Assembly (NCBI GenBank): GCA_044340335.1
Contig: JBIITU010000001.1
Location: forward strand, 1 to 55,136
DNA from: Steroidobacteraceae bacterium
GTDB lineage: Bacteria > Pseudomonadota > Gammaproteobacteria > Steroidobacterales > Steroidobacteraceae
Reading direction: 5' to 3'
DNA: 55,136 bases
Shown here: positions 50,102 to 55,136 of the stretch, piece after piece
Position numbering within the stretch: position 1 is the first letter of the stretch
Layout of the letters: each line of letters opens with the position of its first letter
The notes under the pieces: generated by a model
Databases searched by the model: none
Told to the model about the DNA's origin: nothing
The model's input: the letters and a program-made list of their open reading frames with translations, nothing else
Position numbers and translations under genes: made by a program

Positions 50102-50743
50102 TCAGTCCAGCCACTGCCGCAGGCTCAGCACCGCGATCGCGATCATCGCGACGCCGGCCAGCAGCGACAGCCAGCGCTGCAGGTCCGTGATCTGCCGCGC
50201 GGCACGGGCCAGCGGCACCGACAGCAGCATCGCCACCAGCGCCATGCCGACGATCGACCCGGCCGCGAACACGCCGACATAGCCGAGCGCATAGGCAGGC
50301 TGCCCCGTCGTGTCGATCGCGAGCAGCATCAGCGCGCCCGTGCCGGCGAGGCCCTGGATGAAGCCGATCAGCAGCGAGCGCCAGCGCGAGGGTTCAGGGC
50401 CCGGCTGTGCCGCGACGGGCGAGTCGGCGGCGCGCGAGCCGCCGGCGGAAGTCGGTGAGAGGCCGCGCCGCAGCGCCGCCGCGCCGAGCAGCAGCAGCAG
50501 CACGCCGACGACTATGTGCAGCGCCCGATCCCAGTCGGCGGGCAGGTTGCGGCCGGCCGCCAGCACGATGATCGCCAGCAGCAGCATCGACAGCGAATGC
50601 CCCAGCGCCCAGGCGAGGCCGTGCCGCAGGAAGCCGCGGGCCGGATCGCTGCGCGCCGCGAGCGCCGCGACGACCGCGAGGTGGTCGGGCTCGAGTGCAT
50701 GGCGCAGGCCCAGCACGAAGCCCGCGGAGAGGACGGTGAGCAA
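50102..50743 (-). CDS. NicO/NiCoT-like metal (Ni/Co-type) transporter homologue
   Basis: GLRHALEPDHLAVV resembles the RHA-x-D-x-DH NiCoT/RcnA signature. 6 TM helices. TTG start with an in-frame stop 2 codons upstream. Confidence 0.6.
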   Translation of the reverse strand: MLTVLSAGFVLGLRHALEPDHLAVVAALAARSDPARGFLRHGLAWALGHSLSMLLLAIIVLAAGRNLPADWDRALHIVVGVLLLLLGAAALRRGLSPTSAGGSRAADSPVAAQPGPEPSRWRSLLIGFIQGLAGTGALMLLAIDTTGQPAYALGYVGVFAAGSIVGMALVAMLLSVPLARAARQITDLQRWLSLLAGVAMIAIAVLSLRQWLD

Positions 50744-50829
50744 CGGTCACCCGCGAAGAAAAGGTAGGAACAATCGGCACATTCTGCATAACATTCGCGA
50801 CGGCTGACAGGCCGGACGGAGAACAATGA

Positions 50830-51474
50830 ATGCGCCCTGACCCGATCACCGCCACGCGGCCTCGCCAGTCGCAGCAACGCCCCGCGCGCCTGCCTACCGT
50901 GCTGCTGTGCCTCGCGGCGCTGGTCGCGGCGCCGGCGTTTGCGCACGGTTCACATGGCACGGCCGATGGCTTCCTCGCCGGCCTGCTGCATCCGGTCACC
51001 GGTCTCGATCACCTGCTGGCGATGATCGCAGTGGGGATCTGGAGCGCCTTCCTCGGGCGCGCGCTGGCCTGGCAACTGCCGGTCGCGTTCCCGCTGGTGA
51101 TGGTCGTCGGCGGTGCGCTCGGCATCGCCGGCGTGATGCTGCCCTACGTCGAACTCGGCATCGCGCTGTCGGTCGTCGTGCTCGGCGTCGCGATCGCAGC
51201 GCGCTGGGCTGCGCCGACCGCAGCGGCACTCGCGATCATCGTCGTGTTCGCGATCTTCCACGGCCACGCGCATGGCACGGAACTGCCGTCGGCCGCCGAA
51301 CCGCAGGGCTATGCCGCGGGCTTCGTGCTGTCCACCGGGCTGCTGCACCTGGCCGGCATCGGCATGGCGCAGCTCGCGCTGCGCCGCGCCGTGCCCGCGG
51401 TGCTGCGCGCCTGTGGCGGCGCCATCGCGCTCGCTGGGGTGTGGTTCGTCGGCGGGTTGTTCGGGCTCGGCTGA
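50830..51474 (+). CDS. hupE: HupE/UreJ-family metal transporter
   Basis: The signal peptide ends AFAH, giving a mature N-terminal HGSHG. HPVTGLDHLLAMIAVG and FAIFHGHAHG motifs are present. Confidence 0.85.
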   Translation: MRPDPITATRPRQSQQRPARLPTVLLCLAALVAAPAFAHGSHGTADGFLAGLLHPVTGLDHLLAMIAVGIWSAFLGRALAWQLPVAFPLVMVVGGALGIAGVMLPYVELGIALSVVVLGVAIAARWAAPTAAALAIIVVFAIFHGHAHGTELPSAAEPQGYAAGFVLSTGLLHLAGIGMAQLALRRAVPAVLRACGGAIALAGVWFVGGLFGLG

Positions 51475-52046
51475 TGCGCCGCGCTGCGGCGCTGCTGCTC
51501 GCGCTGCCCTGCACGCCCGCGTTCGCGCATGCGAACTTCGGCGACATCGCGCCGTTCTGGGCGGGCGCCCTGCATGTGCTGGTCACGCCGCTGGCGCTGG
51601 CGGCCCTGCTGGCGCTCGCGTGCAGCGTGGTCGCGCTCCCCGACGCGCAGCAGTTTCGGCTCGCCGCTCTGGCGGGCCTCGGCGTCGCGGCGATCTCGAT
51701 CGTGCTGGCACTGTTACCGGCCTCGTTCGCCGCGGCGGCGCTGCTGGCCGCGGCAGGTGCGCTGCTGCCGGCGCTGGTCGCGGCGTTCGCGCTGCCGGTG
51801 TCGCGCGCGAGCGCCGGGCTGCTGGCGGCGGCCGCAACCGGCGCGGTGAGCCTGGCCGCCGCGCCCGAACCCGGGGCGTGGGGCGCAGCGCTCGGCGCTG
51901 GCGCGTGCGCGAGCGTCGTGCTGCTGTGGTTGCAGGAGGGGCTGCGCCGCCTGGCGCAGCGATTGCCATTGACGCCGCGCGTGCTGGGCGCGTGGGTCGC
52001 CGCGATCGCCGTGCTGCTAGGTGCCCTGGAGCTGCACGCCCGCTGA
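51474..52046 (+). CDS. HupE-like hydrophobic membrane protein (second copy, divergent)
   Basis: TGATG junction with hupE. The signal peptide also ends AFAH. Highly hydrophobic and Ala/Leu-rich. Its last 30 nt overlap the convergent purT. Confidence 0.5.
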   Translation: MRRAAALLLALPCTPAFAHANFGDIAPFWAGALHVLVTPLALAALLALACSVVALPDAQQFRLAALAGLGVAAISIVLALLPASFAAAALLAAAGALLPALVAAFALPVSRASAGLLAAAATGAVSLAAAPEPGAWGAALGAGACASVVLLWLQEGLRRLAQRLPLTPRVLGAWVAAIAVLLGALELHAR

Positions 52047-53213
52047 CAGTGTCTCGACCATGCGGCGTGCCGTCGCCCGCGCCGCATCGAGCGTTGCGCC
52101 GCGCGCGAGCGCGACACCCATGCGCCGCTTGCCGTGCACTTCGGGCTTGCCGAACAGTCGCAGCGCGGTATCCGGCTCGGTCAGCGCGGCGGCGACATTC
52201 CCGAAGCGCACGTTCGCGCTGTCGCCTTCCACCAGCAGCGCGCAGGATGCCGACGCGCCATGCTGCGCGATGTTCGGGATCGGCAGGCCCAGGATCGCGC
52301 GCACGTGCAGCGCGAACTCGGACAGGTCCTGCGAGATCAGCGTGACGAGACCGGTGTCATGCGGGCGCGGCGACACTTCGCTGAACCAGACGCGATCGCC
52401 TTTGACGAACAGTTCGACGCCGAACAGGCCGCGGCCGCCGAGGTTCGCCGTGACCGCGGCGGCAATGCGCTGCGACTCGGCCAGCGCGGCATCCGTCATC
52501 GGGTGCGGCTGCCAGGACTCGCGGTAATCGCCGTCGATCTGCAGGTGGCCGATGGGAGCGCAGAACGAGGTGCCGCCGGCATGCCGCACGGTCAGCAGCG
52601 TGATCTCGTAATCGAAGTCGATGAAGCCCTCGACGATGACCTTGCCCGCGCCGGCGCGGCCGCCGCCCTGGGCGTAATCCCAGGCGGCGTCGATCTGCTC
52701 CGCGCTGCGCACGACGCTCTGGCCCTTGCCGGAGCTCGACATCACGGGCTTGACGACGCAGGGCAGGCCGAGCGCGGCGACCGCAGCGCGATACTCATCC
52801 TGCGTGGCTGCGAAGCGATACGGCGACGTCGGCAGGCCGAGCTCTTCGGCGGCCAGGCGGCGGATGCCCTCGCGATCCATGGTCAGGCGCGCCGCGCGCG
52901 CAGTCGGAATCACCGTGTAGCCTTCACTCTCGAGCGCCAGCAGTTCGGGCGTCGCGATCGCTTCGATCTCGGGCACGATGAACGCCGGCCGCTCGCGTTC
53001 GACGACGGCGCGCAGCGCGCCAGCATCGAGCATGCTGATGACATGCGAGTGATGCGCAACCTGCATCGCCGGCGCGTTGGGGTAGCGATCCACGGCGATG
53101 ACCTCCAACCCGAGGCGCTGCGCCTCGATCGCGACTTCCTTGCCGAGTTCGCCCGAACCGAGCAGCAGCAGGCGGGTGGCTGAATCCGACAGGGGAGTAC
53201 CGATGGTCGTCAT
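52017..53213 (-). CDS. purT: formate-dependent phosphoribosylglycinamide formyltransferase
   Basis: Colinear by eye with E. coli PurT ([53 protein letters not shown]). Trimmed from 53555. Confidence 0.95.
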   Translation of the reverse strand: MTTIGTPLSDSATRLLLLGSGELGKEVAIEAQRLGLEVIAVDRYPNAPAMQVAHHSHVISMLDAGALRAVVERERPAFIVPEIEAIATPELLALESEGYTVIPTARAARLTMDREGIRRLAAEELGLPTSPYRFAATQDEYRAAVAALGLPCVVKPVMSSSGKGQSVVRSAEQIDAAWDYAQGGGRAGAGKVIVEGFIDFDYEITLLTVRHAGGTSFCAPIGHLQIDGDYRESWQPHPMTDAALAESQRIAAAVTANLGGRGLFGVELFVKGDRVWFSEVSPRPHDTGLVTLISQDLSEFALHVRAILGLPIPNIAQHGASASCALLVEGDSANVRFGNVAAALTEPDTALRLFGKPEVHGKRRMGVALARGATLDAARATARRMVETLSAGVQLQGT

Positions 53214-53291
53214 GGAGCGCCTCGCGTTAGACTCGCGCCAGTTTAGCCGACGCCGGCGTGCTGTACGCCGCGCGCAATCAGGGAGAGAGTC

Positions 53292-53537
53292 GTGAGTGAA
53301 CCCGTCGTAGCCGGCCGCGTGCCGATGCCCGTCGATGTCGAAGCCGGCAAGTCGTACTGGTGGTGCCGTTGCGGGCTGTCGAAGAACCAGCCGTTCTGCG
53401 ATGGCGCCCACAAAGGCAGCGAATTCACGCCGCTGAAGTACGACGCCGAGACCACCGGCAAGGTCTGGTTCTGCGCCTGCAAGCAGACGGCGCACGCGCC
53501 GCTCTGCGACGGCGCGCACAAGAAGCTGCCGGCGTAG
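53292..53537 (+). CDS. CDGSH-type iron-sulfur domain protein (two CDGSH motifs)
   Basis: [16 protein letters not shown] and [19 protein letters not shown] start. Confidence 0.9.
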   Translation: MSEPVVAGRVPMPVDVEAGKSYWWCRCGLSKNQPFCDGAHKGSEFTPLKYDAETTGKVWFCACKQTAHAPLCDGAHKKLPA

Positions 53538-53561
53538 CGCTGCGCGGGCGCGCATCGCGAC

Positions 53562-54695
53562 ATGCCCTACGCGCTCGAATCGGCTGGTCCGACGCTGCGG
53601 CTGGCGCTGGACGGCGACTGGCGCGCCGCCGATGTCGGCGCGCTGGTCGCGCCGCTCGAGTCGCTCGCGTTCGACGGCAGCGAGGAACTCGCGATCGACA
53701 CGTCGCGGCTCGGCGTGCTGGACCTGTCCGGTGCGTGGCTGCTGCGGGATGTCGTCCGTCGCGCGCTCGCACGCGGCCTGCGCGTCAGCTGGTCGGGTGG
53801 TGAGCCGGAGCTGGTGCGGCTCGTCGGTGCGACGCTGCAGGCTGCCGATCTCGAGCAGCTCGGCGGCGGCCCGCGCGGCGGCGCGTTCAGGCGGCCCGCG
53901 GAGATCGCGACCGCAGCCGTCGGTCGCCGCGTGCTGCGCAGCCGTGATTCACTGCAACAGGGCCTGGGATTCATCGGTCAATCGGCGGCGACACTGGTCG
54001 GCAACCTGCCGCAGCCGCGCCGCTGGCGCTGGACTTCGATCACGCGGCATGTCTACGACACCGGCATCACGGCGATCCCGATCGTTTCGCTGATCGCCTT
54101 CCTGATCGCCGTGATCACCTCGTACATGGGTGCGCAGCAGCTGCGCAAGTTCGGCGCCGACATCTTCGTCGTCGACCTGATCACGGTCGGCACGCTGCGC
54201 GAAATGGCGGTGCTGCTGACGGCGATCATCGTCGCGGGCCGGTCCGGCAGCGCTTTTGCAGCCGAGATCGGCGCGATGAAGTTGAACGAGGAGATCGACG
54301 CGCTGAAGGCGACGGGCGTCAATCCCTTCGAAGTGCTGATCCTGCCGCGGATCATCGGGCTCGTGATCGCGCTGCCGCTGCTGACCGTGATCGCCAATGC
54401 CGTGGGTCTGACCGGCGGCGCGCTGCTGTGCCGCTTCCTGCTCGACATGCCGTTCATCCAGTTCATCACCCGCATGCAGGAGGCCATCGGGCCTTACACG
54501 TTCTGGGTCGGCCTCTGGAAGGCGCCGGTGTTCGCGATCCTGATCGCGGCCGCGGGCTGCTATCGCGGGTTGCAGGTGCGCGGCTCGTCGCGCGAGCTCG
54601 GGCGTCTGACCACCGTCGCCGTGGTGCAGGCGATTTTCCTCGTGATCCTCGCGGATGCGCTGTTCGCCGTGCTGTTCATGGAGCTGGACATCTGA
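53562..54695 (+). CDS. MlaE-family ABC transporter permease with an N-terminal STAS-like domain
   Basis: The N-terminal roughly 100 aa resembles an anti-sigma-antagonist fold. The C-terminal MlaE/Ttg2B permease core includes [36 protein letters not shown]. Confidence 0.9.
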   Translation: MPYALESAGPTLRLALDGDWRAADVGALVAPLESLAFDGSEELAIDTSRLGVLDLSGAWLLRDVVRRALARGLRVSWSGGEPELVRLVGATLQAADLEQLGGGPRGGAFRRPAEIATAAVGRRVLRSRDSLQQGLGFIGQSAATLVGNLPQPRRWRWTSITRHVYDTGITAIPIVSLIAFLIAVITSYMGAQQLRKFGADIFVVDLITVGTLREMAVLLTAIIVAGRSGSAFAAEIGAMKLNEEIDALKATGVNPFEVLILPRIIGLVIALPLLTVIANAVGLTGGALLCRFLLDMPFIQFITRMQEAIGPYTFWVGLWKAPVFAILIAAAGCYRGLQVRGSSRELGRLTTVAVVQAIFLVILADALFAVLFMELDI

Positions 54696-55136
54696 TGTCG
54701 ACGCCGGTCATCGCAGTGCGTGGCATCGTCAATCGCTTCGGCGCGCAGGTCGTCCACGACAGCCTCGACATGGAAGTTGCCGCGGGCGAGGTGTTCGGCA
54801 TCGTCGGTGGGTCGGGGTCGGGCAAGTCGGTCCTGCTGCGCACCATCCTGGGTTTGCAGAAGCCGAACGCCGGCGAGGTGCGACTGCTCGGCCGCGACAT
54901 CACGCAGATGTCCGAAGCGGAGCTGCGCGCGGTCAAGGCAACCTACGGCGTGACCTTCCAGGCAGGCGCGCTGTACACGTCGCTGACGGTGCTGCAGAAC
55001 GTGCAGCTGCCGATGATCGAGTTCCTCGACCTGCCGGAGCGGGCGCTGGATGAGCTCGCGATGCTGAAGGTGCGCCTCGTCGGCCTGCCCGCGGAGGCGG
55101 CCTTCAAGTTCCCGTCGCAGCTGTCCGGCGGCATGA
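54695..55136 (+). CDS. MlaF-like ABC transporter ATP-binding protein (3'-truncated by the window end)
   Basis: I translated this myself because it is absent from the ORF track (no stop in the window). [16 protein letters not shown]..., Walker A GGSGSGKS, signature LSGGM at the window edge. TGATG junction with the permease gene. Confidence 0.9.
   Translation, partial: MSTPVIAVRGIVNRFGAQVVHDSLDMEVAAGEVFGIVGGSGSGKSVLLRTILGLQKPNAGEVRLLGRDITQMSEAELRAVKATYGVTFQAGALYTSLTVLQNVQLPMIEFLDLPERALDELAMLKVRLVGLPAEAAFKFPSQLSGGM

Noticed and set aside
50744-50829. Possible cobalamin or other riboswitch upstream of hupE.
   Set aside because: Only 86 nt are available, and they are shared with a divergent gene. 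That is too short for a B12 riboswitch, and no conserved B12-box-like element is visible.
1-55136. Mobile elements, prophage or defence-island signatures (integrase, transposase, tRNA target, terminal repeats, restriction or abortive-infection genes), and CRISPR arrays.
   Set aside because: None was seen on either strand. Apart from the 47.44-47.6 kb promoter island the composition looks uniform, and the gene content is housekeeping, envelope or metal homeostasis.

Overview
The window is very GC-rich (roughly 70% G+C by eye) and densely packed with genes. It looks like chromosomal DNA from a proteobacterium, with gene content typical of Xanthomonadales- or Nevskiales-type Gammaproteobacteria. 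I support about 55 protein-coding genes. Many are joined by 4-nt ATGA/GTGA start-stop overlaps. I found no rRNA, tRNA, CRISPR array, transposase or integrase. Many ORF-track entries are antisense or alternate-frame artefacts of the GC content, and several real genes needed their 5' ends trimmed.

Main modules, in order:
1. A large secreted beta-helix/DUF11 surface protein.
2. A zinc/heavy-metal island. On the minus strand it runs zur, a signal-peptide SAM-methyltransferase, a CzcI-like Cys/His protein, an N-terminally extended CzcB, CzcA, a His-rich periplasmic protein and CzcC. A His-rich COG0523 GTPase and a WD40 protein are transcribed divergently from it.
3. A DGPF/YCII protein paired with an ECF42-type sigma factor.
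4. A CNNM/CorC transporter, a GST, an NlpE_C-M20 amidohydrolase lipoprotein and IorAB-type molybdoenzyme subunits.
5. A beta-CASP MBL nuclease coupled to a TLC-like nucleotide-transporter homologue.
6. A receiver-TM-repeat-TonB_C protein followed by a pseudo-receiver Ser/Thr kinase. I rate this pair the best candidate for an undescribed system.
7. MaoC, then an EEP / unknown / lipocalin-rhodanese operon.
8. An exeA-gspB-DAK2::DegV operon.
9. A fadE-DUF3667-dinB-crp chain in which every junction overlaps by 4 nt.
10. mdh, an ECF sigma/anti-sigma pair, and an AT-rich promoter island driving a small ORF, a ytrA-like gntR and an ABC transporter.
11. A NiCoT-like / HupE / HupE-like metal-transporter trio.
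12. purT, a CDGSH protein and a STAS-MlaE/MlaF-like ABC transporter that is truncated at the window end.

All functional calls come from motif and family recognition by eye. No searches were run.
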